Shown piece by piece: positions 37,848 through 51,658 of a DNA stretch of 64,000 bases. The position numbers were made by a program, and so were the translations under genes. A model generated the notes under the pieces. It had not been told where the DNA came from. It saw only the letters and a program-made list of their open reading frames with translations, and did not search any database. The DNA comes from Polymyxa betae A26-41 (lineage: Eukaryota > Protista > Endomyxa: Phytomyxea). Each line of letters begins with the position of its first letter. Position 1 is the first letter of the stretch. The stretch covers positions 62,001 through 126,000 of the forward strand of contig RBZT01000656.1 of NCBI GenBank assembly GCA_003693705.1, read 5' to 3'.

Positions 37848-38405
37848 ATGACGACAACAGCTTCTGGCGAACAATTCCAGCCAGGCCCATATGCAGATAC
37901 ACTAAATGCCTTCCGACTCATGTTTCTTACTCATGATGAGAAAGCTGTATATCGTGCCCTGGTCTTACTGAAGCGAATACTGCAAAATTTACAGCAGCAT
38001 CCTCAGGAGGATGTCTATCATCATATCAGGCTCTCAGCAAAACCTATTCAAGAACGCCTAATTCCTGTCCCAGGTTCTCTTGATGTGCTACGATCGATTG
38101 GATTTCGGGATGCTGGAGATTCCGAGCATCTTGAATTGCCTTCGATGACAAGAGATTCTTGTGATAAGACTCAGAGCGTGATTACTCTTTTAGATGCCAA
38201 AATCAACGACCTAACGCATCCTTATGAGACGATGCAGGATCCGGTCAGAGATATCGAGTCAGATCTTGGCCTGTTAAAGAAATTTCGATATAAGGAAAAT
38301 CGCGATGCACGCGAAGCCGAAATCGAGGAGAAGATCGAAGCTGCCAAGCGAGAACGTAAACTCGAACAAATGAAGAGGCGATCGACCAGCCGCGAACGAT
38401 TTTAA
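37848..38405 (+). CDS. PUB domain (p97-binding) protein
   Basis: LLKRILQNLQQHPQEDVYHHIRLS...GSLDVLRSIGF PUB signature, with a charged C-terminal helix. Confidence 0.85.
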   Translation: MTTTASGEQFQPGPYADTLNAFRLMFLTHDEKAVYRALVLLKRILQNLQQHPQEDVYHHIRLSAKPIQERLIPVPGSLDVLRSIGFRDAGDSEHLELPSMTRDSCDKTQSVITLLDAKINDLTHPYETMQDPVRDIESDLGLLKKFRYKENRDAREAEIEEKIEAAKRERKLEQMKRRSTSRERF

Positions 38406-38439
38406 ACAATTTTGAATCAGTCTTTAATATTAACAGAAA

Positions 38440-39896
38440 TCACTCTGCTTTTTTACCCAAACGTTCCAATCCAACTTTGAATATCTCCATTTCAGTATGT
38501 ACAAGTGATTTTGCTAGGGCGACCCTATTGAAATAGTGTGAAGTTGGCAGTGAATCAAGACGTTTTTGAGCAGCAACGATTTCTCGCAGAAGGAGCGACA
38601 TGAAAGCTTGCAGCGACACCAGAGCGCGCTCTTCATTCGCTTCGCTAACGGATTCTGCAGTCGGGTTCCGTAGCAGAAATGCAGCATCATCACGACTCAA
38701 GCAAGCGATTCGGGCAGCCCATCTTAGCGGTGAGGATATCGACCCATCTGGGGCAATCGTCATCGGTAATGACGAAAGTGAACGCTTGTCGAAAAGCATG
38801 GCACGCAGCTTCTCAATGCCATCCGATGATGCGCCAAGAGTCTTCAGATCTGCTTGGACCTTAGCTGGTGTGATAGGGTTGCGGTGCAGGTAGCCTTGCA
38901 GGACCAGCAATTGGGCGGCAGAACGTTGACCATAGTTGATGAAGATCTCAGAACCGGGTTCAATCGGATGCTTACATTCGGCAACAAGTCGGTCTTCAGC
39001 TTGAATGAAATACGACTCGGCGCCAGAATGTTTATCGTTGCACATATCCCAGCAAGGAACCAGAAATGGGGTCCCATCAGGCGATTCGTTCTGACGAGAG
39101 AGAACGATAGCGCTGGCCCATAGCCATTCTACCCAAGAAAGACCGAAAAGCACCTTCGGCAACCTGTCATCATATCAGTCTGGATACTGCAGGATCTTTA
39201 AAGCCTACTGGATACGGCCCATAATATAAACATAATGCTGAATTGTTGATAGTCTAGTGCGAATTGCTTTTTCGAATGCCGAAGTTCCAGTGAGAAGCGC
39301 TTGGATGTCTTCAAAGCTCCAAAGCCAGGCGCTATCCAGATCGTCAATGCCGACATAAGGCAAGCTTGATATGAACAATGCATTGCAGGTGGAACTAGGC
39401 TTTCTGGTTTCGATTAACAGTTGCAAAGTGAGAGCCGCACTTGGGATTTGTGTAAAGAAAAAGTTCATCTGCAAGATTCCGGGTGCTGCCTGAAGCATCA
39501 TTGCCTTCGGAATCGAAATAAACACAGAGCCTTTAAAGATCAATGAAGATAAAATCAAGTTTCACACCTATATATACCTGTATCTAAATGCCGCTTAGCA
39601 CATACCGAGTTCGCCTTATTTGAGAATTCCCAGAGGACTCCAGCCTGACTTTGAGGAAAATTCTCTTGAGTCCAATTTTGAAGTTTTAATAGCGCATCGT
39701 GCCTCGATTGCTCTGGAGGCCTCAACAGCGGCTGTTGAGGCTGCAATCGTTGCAGCTTGGTAAGCAGTGGCTCGGAAGCTCGCAGACTATCAACAGGATT
39801 CGGCCCCGAACCAATTGCATCTACCAGAGCCTCGAGCAAGGCGGCTTGCTCCTGGGGAAGTCCATTACTAGCAGCAAACTGACATCGGTCTGGCAT
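38440..39896 (-). CDS. SET-domain methyltransferase (SETD3/Rubisco-LSMT type)
   Basis: WASAIVLSRQN, LVPCWDMCN, IFINYGQRSAAQLL..GY, followed by an LSMT substrate-binding-like helical domain. Confidence 0.85.
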
Positions 39897-40418
39897 TCAA
39901 AGGAACGTCAGACAACAGATCTGGGTTACAGCCGCCACAACAAAACACAATCAAACTAATACTATGTCATTCAATACAGCGAACATCCGTATAAGGGTAG
40001 GGGACATCAACTCTGTATGCAAAAGTTTGGCTGTTGAAACAAGTGGACGCTGATAATTCGCTCAGCAAGCCATAGCGAAAAATTGTGTTGGATTAGGGCA
40101 AGCAATCAGCTCTAAAAATGGGATATATTATTCCAGTTAGATTAATCAAATTTCAGAATGTAAGCAGTGATAGCGAGTCGATTGATGGCTAAGCCGACCT
40201 CCTCAGGTCGTGGGTGGCGACAGTCGAGCCATTTTGGCCTGGAAGGCCAGCCTGGGTGTCTAGTTCACCAAACCCATTTCCACTATAGACACCATCTTCT
40301 TGCAGTCATATTCGCTTATGGATCCCGTCCCTACGCCTGCCCTGCCCTGTCCCCCATACTGTGAGAGGATGATGATGGGGTCGCACTATACTGTATAAGG
40401 GCATGGCCCTTTGTCATT

Positions 40419-40873
40419 GTGAGACTGGCTGCTCGCCCATTATCATACGTGACGCCTGCCGGCCGCTTGTTCTGGAACAAGGCCAAATTGGAATCCGATC
40501 AAAAGGTACAGCGTCGGCTTGATACCGGTTTCGCCAGTCTCCATCAAGAGTGGCAGGCAAGGCCTTACGAATGGCGACCGGATCCCGATCGATGCGTCGC
40601 TGGTTTAGCGTGAAAGCCAGAGGCAGCGATGTCAATCCGAAGCTGACGCTGGTCGAGCTGAAGATCCCCTACGTCATGGGTCTGTTCCTACAGGTCTATC
40701 CATCGCAAAAGCAGTTACAAGAACGTCTGCTGAGAGCGCAGTTAATGCATCAGACGCGCAATGGCAAGACCAACCTGCCGGTTCAGCGGCAAGTCGGCGG
40801 GCCGCTTTCGAAGAGCTCCCGGTCAAGCCTGGCAGCGATGTGGCCATTTCCATGGGTCAACCAGAAAAAATGA
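40419..40873 (+). CDS. Possible small hypothetical protein
   Basis: GC-rich protein-like ORF pieces; exon structure unresolved. Confidence 0.25.
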
Positions 40874-41231
40874 CGCTCCAGTAAATTCATCAGCAAACTG
40901 CCATGACCGATGATCGAGTCAAGGATTCTATTTATTAAACTCGAAACTTCTTGCAAATATGGAATCATTGAGCTTCGCTTCGAGAAGATCTGTTTTCTAG
41001 AATATTGGTTAGAGAGCGAAGATAGACCCAATCGACGACCTGAATAATCCTGACTTGACCGATTAAAAATGCGCTGATTGTCTAAGACATTTGTAATAAT
41101 CGGCACCAAGAGACAGCCTTCGAAAGGTCGTCTCAAATCTTGAAAATTTCATTGCCGGCCTCTTTTGTGACTAGAAGCGCTTTGTTGATCATTTGATCCC
41201 ATTTCTCGGACGGCCCGGCGGCTAAGAGGTC

Positions 41232-42261
41232 ATGGCCGCCAGGGGTGATAATTACGTCTTGCGCAAGCTCATCGACGATCTGCAGAGCATTCAGCGAGAA
41301 TGCGACCCTGGTGCTGTCCAGGCCCAACAAGAGCAGGGCAAAGATAAGCTCGATGCTTTCGAGCAGCATAAACGCGATCTCACGTTTATGGTCAGCGAGC
41401 TCAAAAAGGTAGGACTAATTGATTTTGATCGGATTTTGAGTTCGTTAATTATTCTTTTATTAGAATGTTGAGAAGCGTAATGAAATGGTACAAAACCATG
41501 GGCGTCAGGAGCAGACCATTAGGTTGCGGGCCGAGAATGAGAAGAGGCTTACTGAAAGCAAGTTAAAGTTCAATGAGATGAAGAAGGCACATGAAGCCCA
41601 GGTCTCCAAGAAAAGAGGCAAACGTTTGCCCGAAGCTATTCTGCAGACCCGAAAAGAGATGATCGATATCCTCGAAGCTGATATCAAAGATCTCGAGCAG
41701 GCCCATAATCAGATTCGTCCAAATCGCGGAAGCAATCGAGAGGTTGCCAGGTTTGTTGTGTATTTCTTCTTCAACCATGGATACTGACTGATTTTAGGGC
41801 TTTGAAAGACGCCAGGTTGAAGGAGAAAGAGGATGATGCGAAAATGGGCCGGGAACCGAAAGAGGGCGTTCCAATGCGGGAAATGACGTCGGAAGCGACT
41901 CAGTTCATGATGTCCAAAGAAGAGAACGATGTTAAAATCGATTCTCAGCTGGATATCATCCGGACAGGAGTTCGCAATCTGCATGAGATCGCCGTCGATA
42001 TGAACGACGAACTCAACGTTCAAGCCGTCGTTACTGAGGAAATCAACAAACAGTTCGATGTTCTTGATAAGAAGTTCCGGACTGCTAACCAGAGAATGAC
42101 GACGCTGCTCGAACAGGTATATTGACCAGATTGACGATTATTGCTGCAATGTGTCTAATGAGTGGTAGACTGGTGGAACTGCCAGATGGTGCGCTTTGAT
42201 GATCGCGTTCGTGATCTTAATGGCTCTACTCGCCTATATATTCCAAATTGTCGGATTTTAA
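41232..42261 (+). CDS. Qc-SNARE, SYP7-like syntaxin
   Basis: Helical N-terminus, SNARE motif IDSQLDIIRTGVRNLHEIAVDMNDELNVQ, and C-terminal anchor WCALMIAFVILMALLAYIF. Confidence 0.85.
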
Positions 42262-42798
42262 TATATCCTCAATGTACTTTCAGATGAGTTTCATTATATC
42301 TATGGCTAGGATCCTTTTGACCTTGATGATCCAGTTTCTCGAACTTTCCTATAGTATTATCGCAATAACAATTGATTTTTGTTTGATTTTTGTTGCACTT
42401 TAATCCAGGAGTATTATGAGCGCATGGTATTTAAACATGATGATAACATTAATAACAAGGAAATGGTTAGCTGGTCTTTGAGTAACATTATGGCTCGGAT
42501 GTCGAAAAGCGTGTCTCAATCGAATCACGTTCCAGGCTTCTATTGATTTAGGGTCCTGCATCATATATGAATGGTGCAGTTAGAGCAACGTCGATGGTGG
42601 TTAATGAGTTCAGCATTTCAATCAAATATTAATAACTTGCTAGATATTTGTAAAGGCAATGATGATTATGACTGGCAGGATATATCCTTTGCTCCAAAAC
42701 AAGTCGAAGTTGTTATACTGTATGCTGCAGCAAAAGAAACCCCAAAAAGGTTAGATCACCATGCGGTTCCCAGCTGGTCCCCCACGCCAGTACTAAGC

Positions 42799-42804
42799 NN
42801 NNNN
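42799..42804. other. Assembly gap (6 N)
   Basis: NNNNNN in the sequence. Confidence 1.
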
Positions 42805-43188
42805 CGGTCTGGTATGAACCTAACCTGGTAGAACTCTTTCCAGCAATGATCAAATACGATCACTGTTTCAAATAAACGCCCTGTGACGATTGAAGGTCAA
42901 GAAATAGGTCCTTCCCGACATAAGCCCAACGGAAATCGGGCTCCTCTATTAAAGCTCTGAATGCCACAGTTCCGCCCATAGATTCAATCGATTACTTGCC
43001 TCCGAAGAAAAACCTGCCAGATACACAGCAACAAATTCCATAGTATGTACAGAACGACACTGGCACATTGCCAAATGTGAAATGTTCAATAAAGTGCGCT
43101 TGTCAATGTATTTTTTGGTTTGTTTTATCTCATCTGAACTTTCACCATGGAACAATTGTAAAACACGTTGATCTGTTATCTCTGCCAC

Positions 43189-44339
43189 ATGTCAGGCGTT
43201 CAGGTCCCAATTGGGTTATGGGGCCTAGATTCACAGTTCTGGTCATACACCCGTTTACTGATCAGCGACATCCATGCTCTGAAAGATTACGATGCTCTGC
43301 CTGGCAACAGCTATCGCTTGAATGGTGTCCATCCGATCCATCGTGTTTGTATTGTTGGCGTTGCGGTCGAAGTTAAAATCCATGCCACCAATACGAGCAT
43401 TTTCATCGATGATGGGACCGGCATTATTCTAACGACTTCGTGGCACAATGGCGACCAGCCCTGCCATCAGAACTGTCTCGGGCAACTTCTCATGCTTGCT
43501 GGGAAGCTATCCACATTTCGTGGTGAACATCAAATCAACATTCAATCAATCGGTACAATGAAAACTCTCGTATATTTTATTATGATCATTGAAGCGTTTA
43601 AAAGATGAGATCCTGGACCCGAATATTGAGATCCTTCATTGGGTTCAAGTTCTCGAACTGCAACAGACTGTATATAAACAAGTAGATCCTTTAGTGAAGA
43701 AAACTCTGGAGAACTTGGCGTCCAAAGACACCCAGATGAGCTCATCTCATTCAGAAACGATTCGGTCCAGCTCCATTCTAATCTGGTTTTCTATACGCTT
43801 ACTAATGAGATAGGAACGTTTGGGATGAACTTCTGCAATTATGCTTTGATCTGATACCATGCGGGAAGGAAGTGCTCTTCTCAGATATGTGTTCGAATCC
43901 GCATCTGATCGCCCTGGTTCGCAATCGGATTCTAGCTGCAGGCTCGTCTCAACATGATATTGCCCTTGTATGTTCGATCAACATCTCACAGCCCATGATT
44001 GACGTGTTTTTGTTAGGCGATAAGTAAAGCTGTGAGCCGATGTGTTGCACAAGGATTGATAGTGCAGAGGTCGCGAGAACGTGATAGCTATATGAGACTT
44101 GATACGAATCTGGTCTGTCAACTGATCGTTGATGAATTCCGGGCATCTGGCAATGAACCAGTAAATGTGTTTTTATTGACGAATTCATTGGTACTGAATA
44201 TGACGCACCCAGATGTCGTTGACACGAATCCTTGCGGCCTTTCGTCGTAGAGATCAATATGCATGTGTTCAGCTGCAGATGGTTAATGAGTCGATTTGGT
44301 TCTTGGAGAAGAGCAGCATCATACGACGTCAATCGATAA
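43189..44339 (+). CDS. STN1: CST complex subunit STN1 (OB fold plus winged-helix)
   Basis: LWGLDSQFW...LISDI...NGVHPIHRVCIVG...IDDGTG...DPNIEILHW matches STN1/OBFC1 (LWGLDP...NGHPI...VDDSTG). Confidence 0.85.
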
Positions 44340-44380
44340 ATACATTTATGTTAATTTAAGAAAAGGTTGAGAGATCGGAT

Positions 44381-46203
44381 TCATTGCTGGGTCGCGTCGT
44401 CATCCGTCCTGGATTCTGAAACTTCCAATTCCAAAGCCTCTTTGTTCAAATCCCAGCCAGTCGATATAAAAACGTCGAAGATTCGGTCAGTTTTGTTGAT
44501 ATCGACCCGCATGAACTGTTTCTCAGGCTCTAATAAACCCCTGTTGAAACTCTCCGTCACGATCCGCTCTTTTATAGCGATCAACTGCTTCGGGAACAAT
44601 CGCAGTCTTCTGCAGAGCTCAACCTCAACCTTCGACAACGAGCTGAATCCTGGCATGGATATATCCACTACCCATTCGGGTTGTGGCGGTTCGGCAGCTG
44701 GCGTCGACAAATCGGTTGGGGTGGCCCCCCTATCGACACCATTCATTTCCACACCCGACCGCCTTCGTCTTACCGAAGTCACCTAAACGCAGCTCTGTTA
44801 AGCAATGGCCCTAACAGCTTCAATATACAACATACATTGCGTGGAGTTTGATATAAATAATCGAGTTTCTCTTTATCTCTTCGGAGATTCTTGTCTGCTT
44901 CTCTCTTCTTCTTTTCACTTTCATATTGAACACTCTCTACTAATGTCCGAATGCCAAGAAGCCGATGCTCCTGTAGCTGTTCGATGCGCTTCCTAAGTCG
45001 ATGCTCATTGATGAGACCTGCGTACAACCCGTTAACCGATTAACATTCAGCATTGGCGAATCGCTCATACCTTGGACGAAACGGTTATGTTCGTCCCTGG
45101 TTTGAAACCGAGCGAAACATGCCATCTTCTGGGCGATATCACGCTCTTCTCTAGACCGCTTACGATTCTGGAGAATGGTGATTAACAGTCTGTAAAAGAG
45201 AAGGCGGAAAAAGTCCATACACAAGGAATCAGTAAATCTCGATCCACAATGAACTCTTTGCGACGTTGTCGTTCATCCAGTGTCTGATTATAAACAGCAA
45301 TCACATCAAGCTTCAGACGCCGTTCTTCGGGCGTATCCTCGGCAAGGAATTCCATATCGGAGAGATACTTTTCTGCATCGTTGTCGTACTCCGTATCGAA
45401 ATCGCCTGAAGCCAGACGAATTGAGTAAGCGAAGGCCATTCGTCGTGAATCGGATGCAAACCTCTCTTCGGTACGTATCCTACCATACGAGCCAAACTCG
45501 TGTCCTGAGATTTCAACGAATTGGACGTCGGCGGCGGTTTCGATGGCGTCCCGTATTTACTGCCAGGCGCGTCCAGATGGTCAGTGGACAGAGACAGCCT
45601 TCTGTCATTCTGCACCGTGTCCTTCTTATAATCCTGTTCGAAACCATTGTTAGACGGGTCGTTCGACGAAACCAGAACGCATGGTTACTTTGGAATCTAG
45701 CAGAATCTCCATATTGGGTAGCGGAGCCAATGCAGACGAAAGATAGACGGCGTTATAATGGGCCTGGCATTTATGTTTGGATTTGGTGCCCACGTAATCA
45801 GCAATATCTTGCCAGTTGCCGAACCCGTACTGCAAGATGCCTTCGAGAAGAGAGCGCTCTTCTTCGGCACCCCATTCGCGATCGAAGATCGGATCAGTGA
45901 TATGTTCGATAACGCGATATGGATGATCGTTCTTATGCGTTATGAGTTCCACGCCCATTGAGAAGCATTCAATACAGAGATCGAATTCGGCACATTTGGC
46001 GCACCGAATCCGAATCGTCGTTGTGATATCCTTTCGACAGTAATCGCATTCATAGCGATTCGCTCTGGCTAAATTATCGTTTGAATGAAAGCAAAGTCGA
46101 GAAAAAACCATAGCAGTACGTTTTGAATTTGAAGGCTGCGATGTGGCTTCTTTGGTTTGAGAGCCGGGCTCCTCAGCTGGGGCCGGATCGGGCTCACCTT
46201 CAT
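44381..46203 (-). CDS. ADA2: Transcriptional adaptor ADA2 (ZZ, SANT, SWIRM)
   Basis: CDYCRKDI...[20 protein letters not shown]...[28 protein letters not shown], and [21 protein letters not shown]...DINKT. Confidence 0.95.
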
Positions 46204-46372
46204 CGGCAGCGCCCCCGCGACTCTGCCGCTTCGTATTGCGCCTATATCGAAGGTTAGATCCGTCAGATGCCGGGCGAGATGCAATCTAACCCGGCGCCCA
46301 TGACGTCTGGAAGGAAGAGGAGACGGTTAGATGATCACAAAATACACCTCCACCGAGACGAACCACAGGCCT

Positions 46373-46401
46373 AACAACTGCGCAGTAGCAACAACTGCGC
46401 A
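46373..46401. promoter_or_regulatory. Duplicated AACAACTGCGCA in the ADA2/GAA1 bidirectional promoter
   Basis: 12-bp direct repeat at 46373-46384 and 46390-46401; the same core occurs upstream of other genes in the window. Confidence 0.4.
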
Positions 46402-46794
46402 AAAAACTCCGCAGTTTTGTTATTTTTTCGAAAAGCTTGAAAAATTGTTTACCTTGAGATTCAAAATCGGAAAGTCGATTGACCGCGAATGGCGCCTGTC
46501 TCGACTGATCAGCTTATACAAAAGTCAATAGCCCAATAAATAACGTGTCTGGCTACCGTAGTTAATCGTTCATGTAGCACAGATTGAGGGTGCTTTAAGA
46601 TGTCGGTGCATTCTTGCAATCTGTAAGAGCTATGTGATATGGCAGTTGTTCAGAGCGGTCCAATAAGAAATTTGAGCCATTCTAATCTCAGATTATTGAT
46701 TCGATCTAGTTGCTGAGCGGCCTTTCTAAATGTTACACTTTAGGTGTGAGATTGCTGTTAGGGGGCGTCACTGTAGCAATCAGAGACGATTGCA

Positions 46795-48538
46795 ATGCTG
46801 CAGGTGCCCATCAAGTTAGAGACTTTCAGGCGCATCTCACTGGAATGGTTTCTGCCGCTCGTCTATGTAATAGGCCTGGCCTATATTGCTCTTCTTCCGG
46901 AGCTAGCAGTTGAATATTACGTCGATGAGAATGCGTTCATCGTTCATTCGATTCAGGCTGCTAGCACATCTCACGACATCAAACCTGCATTGAACCTTCC
47001 GGGTCCTGATCGTGTTTCTGGCGAAATAATTCACCGCTGGCTGAGTGACGCTTTGGGGACGCCCTCTATTTCGGTTGTATTGTTTACAGTTAGGGAACTG
47101 CCTTCATTGTTGATATGTTTAGATTAGGGGCTTCGATAACGATGCTGTATATGCCCTTTTACGATCAAGAAGATCGAATGGAGAAGATTCGATTGTTATC
47201 GTCGTTCCGTATTACGCCTCAAAAGGGAATCAGGTCTCAGGACTTCATATAGCCACAGCTTTGCTAAAGTACCTCAATACTGTCAAATGGCTTGCTAAAG
47301 ATATCATTCTGCTTTGTGTTCCAGGCAATAATCCAGATGCAGTTTCGAACTGGGTCTCAGCCTATCATTCCGATTACTCCAATCGGAACGAATCACAGCA
47401 TTTACCGATGGAAAGAGCTGGTGCAATTCGCGCGGCTCTGATTCTGGATTTACCGCCTTCGACTGAGTTCCATGCACTCTCGCTCGTATGTCAAACTGGT
47501 CAAGGCGTTCTTCCCAATTTCGATATGGTTGCAATTGCTCAGTATATGATGCAGCAGCACAACATTCCGTTATCAATTTCCGACCATTATAACAGTTCAT
47601 TGCTACGCCCTTCTATGGACAAGTTTGCATTTCTCGAACGGTGGCGTCCCATGCTAAGGTTCATGGCTGATACCCTTTCCGCTTCTCACGCAGGCCTTCA
47701 TGCGCCTTTTATTGATTTCAATATTGATGCTCTGAGCTTAGTTGCAACTGGAATATCAACCGATTCATCTACCAGAGGAGTAAGGTATGTCTCTCTTGTT
47801 CAAGCCATGGAAGAAACAGTTCGCGCTTTTAGCAATCTTATCGAAAAACTCCATCATTCGAGTTTTCTCTACATCCTGACATCCACCACAAGAGTGACTA
47901 CATTTGTTGCCTATTATTGGGCGTCCGTAGTCGTCGCTACTCCATGGCCCCTAACTATTATTCATCGATTGGAGAACGATTTGCCGTTATCGACAATGCT
48001 ACCAGCATTTCGCGCTTTTTCTGTGTTGCTGTGTTGGTCGTTATCGCTTCGATATTTACCATTCTTTTTTAGCTCTGGATTTTGGTGGAATCTGTCTGTC
48101 TGGTTACTATGTTCGCTTGTCACGCTTCTAACTTGCTACTTTTATGTCCCGAAGGGGATGTCCTGGGCCTGGTTTCACTCATTTATCGCACTAATGTCGC
48201 TGATTGTGGTGTTGCCCTATTCCGTCTTGAATTTTACGGTGACTCTCGTCTTCATTCTCACAACTGTTCCCTTAGTTCTTGTCAAACCGCCAATATCCAA
48301 AATCGACCGTTTCCGCAATATTTCATTGCTGCTATTATGCTCTCCTGTCATTCCATTGGTTCTCACATCGTCGGTCTTCGAAATGCCAATCCAAACTCTC
48401 GTATACAACTTCTTTAAGCATATGGACAATTCTATCCATCATATGTACCAATTAGTGTATTTTCTATATCTACCTAACTATACAGCTGCTATAGTCGCCA
48501 CATTTTTCTTTAAACCTACCCATATCAAAACGGATTAA
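46795..48538 (+). CDS. GPAA1: GPI transamidase subunit GAA1
   Basis: YVDENA, WLAKDII, GVLPNFDM, RAFSNLIEKLHHSSFLYIL, and a multi-TM C-terminus ending in a KxD-like tail. Confidence 0.92.
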
Positions 48539-48650
48539 ACTCTGTAAGATCATAATACAGTACCGATATTAATCTGACAATATATTGCGATTGCATCAAG
48601 CGCTTTCATATCGTGTAACAATCAAGCAATCTATGCATTAAGGAAGCTGG

Positions 48651-50333
48651 ATGGCGTTCGTCTTTAGGACAGCTCGATTTCGATCAGAAAACGGCAATAT
48701 TCATTTGGGACCCGGCTCTTATAATATCGACAATGCTTTGCGAAAACGTCCCGCCAAAGCGCTGGTCCCTTTCAACTCGACCTCTGCTCGTCTGCTATCG
48801 GACACCAGCACATCAGATACTCCAGGTCCTGGGTCTTATATTCCAGTACATCTGGATCCACCTGATTCAGCCCAACATGCAGCTTCGAGTTCGTTTGCAT
48901 CGAATACGTCGCGATTCTCCTATTTGTACAAACCATCGAGCGAGGCCAATGCTCCAGTTCTCACGCATCCAGATTGGACGCGATCCATTCGACAACAGAA
49001 ACGCACTCGCCGGGCGCAAACTGTGGCCTGGTGCCGGGTTGGGACGGCGCCCTCGATTCCCGCCCGAAACCAATCGCATGGATACTCACAAGACGGCTAT
49101 GGCGATCTTCACCCGAGACCAGCAACGACGAAAATCCGTTCTGGCGTCGGTAATGATACAGCCGGCCCGGGCGATTACGACGTCGACGATCGCGCTCTGC
49201 GCGTCGTACGAACCTGCGATTTCGGCAGGTCGACCTCGAAGCGAAGCGCCACAGCCGCGCCAACATCGGCAGCGACCGGACCGTATCTAGGACCACAGCC
49301 CTGGATCGCCGCGAAAACGAAACCATCCGCTGCGTTCGCCTCCAACACGAAACGCTTCGATAATCGACGACGCGATGATCTTCCAGCGCCGGGGCAGTAC
49401 GACCCCTATCCTGATCGGATCGTACACGAGAGCGGCAGCAGCGCCTCAAAAACGCATCAGGTCTGTAGAGAGCTCTTGGTGCATCTCCCCTCTGAATGAT
49501 GATTTTTGAAGTCGTTTTCAAAACAAGTTGGTCGCGATAAACTTCCAAGAACAGAGGCGGAGACGCCCGGCGTCGGATCGTACAATGTCCAGGCGAATTC
49601 GTCGTTTAAATCTGCGTCCGAACTGGAGAAACGGCGAAAGGCGTTGTGCCTGAAGGATCAGGCTCCGTTCCAGAGCCAGGCGCCGCGATTTCGGTCGGGA
49701 TCGTCGAGCGAGACGCCCGGCCCGGGGGCCTATGACGTCCATCAGCCCGCCATCATCGATCCGGAACTGGAGGCGTACAAGAGCGCGAAACGCAGCGCGT
49801 TCGGGGTCGGGACCGAGAGATTCCGCGACGACAAGAAGAATGACGTCCCGGGACCGGGAGAATACCGAATAATAGGAGCTCCAGAGCCAAGATATAAGGT
49901 AGGGTTTCTAGGGTTTAGGGTTTCGGCTCTAACATGATCATAGTCGGGCCGCACATCCAGCTTCTTCCAATCGCATTCGAAGCGATTCGTGGATCCGCGA
50001 CCTGACGACGGACCTGGGCCGAACACCTATCAGAAGATCCCAGATTGGAGGAAATCGCCGAAAATTCGCTCTAAAACAGCCGCGTTCTTGTCGTCGCAGA
50101 AATCGGCCAGATGTGAGACGAAGGCGGCAGATACGCCTGGGCCCGGCGCCTACGTTCTTCCAAGCCGATCCGCTTCAAGAACAACGGCAGCGGGTGCTGC
50201 GTTGCGATTCACAGCGAAGAGGTTCGCCGATGGCCACGACGATCGCCCGGGCGTTGGAACCTACGATCTGATCTCGCACGATTCACTCTTGAAACGTTCC
50301 TTTAATATTACGATCAGTGATGAATACCAATAG
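48651..50333 (+). CDS. Sperm-tail PG-rich (SHIPPO/STPG) repeat protein, flagellar
   Basis: About ten repeats of (T)PGPGxY, each preceded by AFxSxxxRF. Confidence 0.88.
49900..49923 (+). repeat. Telomere-like AGGGTTT repeats in an intron
   Basis: TAGGGTTTCTAGGGTTTAGGGTTT immediately after the splice donor. Confidence 0.6.
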
Positions 50334-50386
50334 AACACTTAATACTCGATAAATAATATATTGCAGGAGACTATAGCTGTTGGCTC

Positions 50387-51334
50387 TCATACAGAGCGAA
50401 GGCTCTGCAGACGGGTATCAACTGCTAGAAGCCTGAGACGATCTACAATGAGCTCGGATTCGGCCGCCAGAACACGAAGCTCGGCTTTCACAGCAGCACG
50501 ACGACATTCCTCGACCTCCGTCGAGACACGCGCCAGGCGTTGCCTGAGAGCGTCGACATTGGCCGATCGGAAGCAGGCTGTCCATCTAGATGTAAAACCA
50601 GCGCTGGGTTGAGCTACAGGTGGAGGCGGCGCAGCGATCGGCGCCGACGTCGACCTTGGCATCGTCTTTAACGGCGTCATAGCGGCAGGGGAGCTTTCCG
50701 GCGACGTCCGACTCGACAGCGATAACGAACGCGACTTTGGAAAGGACGGACGACGGGCGTAGGGCGTCCCGAGAGGCGAATGACGAGCTTGTTTCTGAAA
50801 GCGTCCCGGCTGCGAATTCTCTTTCGATCGATTCCTGGGTGAGAGAGGGCGGCTTAATGGGCGATAACGCCCGGGTGGGCTCGGTGAACGACGCTGATGA
50901 TGGATGAGACGATCGGGGTGAATCTCAGGCTGAGGTCGTGTAGCGGGCGGCGTCGGAGGCGGCGGCAGAAGCGTCATTGGTCGATCGATCATTTCTACAT
51001 AGATCGGATGGTCGTTCCAATTCGTGCCAGATAGCCTCAGAGCCGCCTGAACGCCCATCTCGTTGGCGAACTCTAAAATCGCCGATCTGGGAGGCAATCA
51101 GTAAAGAGATGGACAACAATGAGACAGCCGAGACCCGGTGTCGTGAATCTGCCTCTCTGGAGTACAGACGAGCGATTGGCCACAATCCGGGCTGAAGAAT
51201 CGAATCAGATCGCGGGGGTTGGTCTTGGGCGGAAGTCCAGCGACACGGACCCGCAGGCCGAGCGGGGTTGGAGGCGGCGGCGGTGGCGGTGGCGGTGGTG
51301 CTGGTGTCCAGGCCGGGCCACCTGCTCCATGCAT
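50387..51334 (-). CDS. RRM protein with poly-Pro N-terminus, RS/SP-rich middle and coiled-coil C-terminus
   Basis: RVRVAGLPPKT..RDLIRFF (RNP2), SAILEF..E..VQAALRLSG; one intron near 51090-51135. Confidence 0.7.
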
Positions 51335-51658
51335 GAAGCGGCGGTCGGCGGTCGGCGTCTGAATCCGACCGAATAGAAGGTGTCCGTGGCGGACAACAAA
51401 CGCAGGATGTTTGTTGAAGCGATTTTCACAGGAGGCAACGTTACATTAGGGTTTGGCTGTATGGAGGAATCTCCAGTCGTGTTTGTATGGTAGATTTCGA
51501 ACAGATATTGACCAGGTCTAAAGGATCATATAGGATGGTAGGCATCCATATATCTGTGAGGTCTGCTTAGTAGATTGTATCAATGGATTTGATCAGACAG
51601 GGCGGAGAAGACAGTGATTCCAGGCGATGGTAGGTCTGGATCTGTCCGAGCCATAACT

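Noticed and set aside
42300-42900. AT-rich segment with an ORF spanning the N gap
   Set aside because: No recognisable family, and the ORF crosses an assembly gap.
1980-48538. PIG-Q with GAA1, or DNA2 with STN1, as functional clusters
   Set aside because: They are 35-45 kb apart with many unrelated genes in between; chance co-location is adequate.
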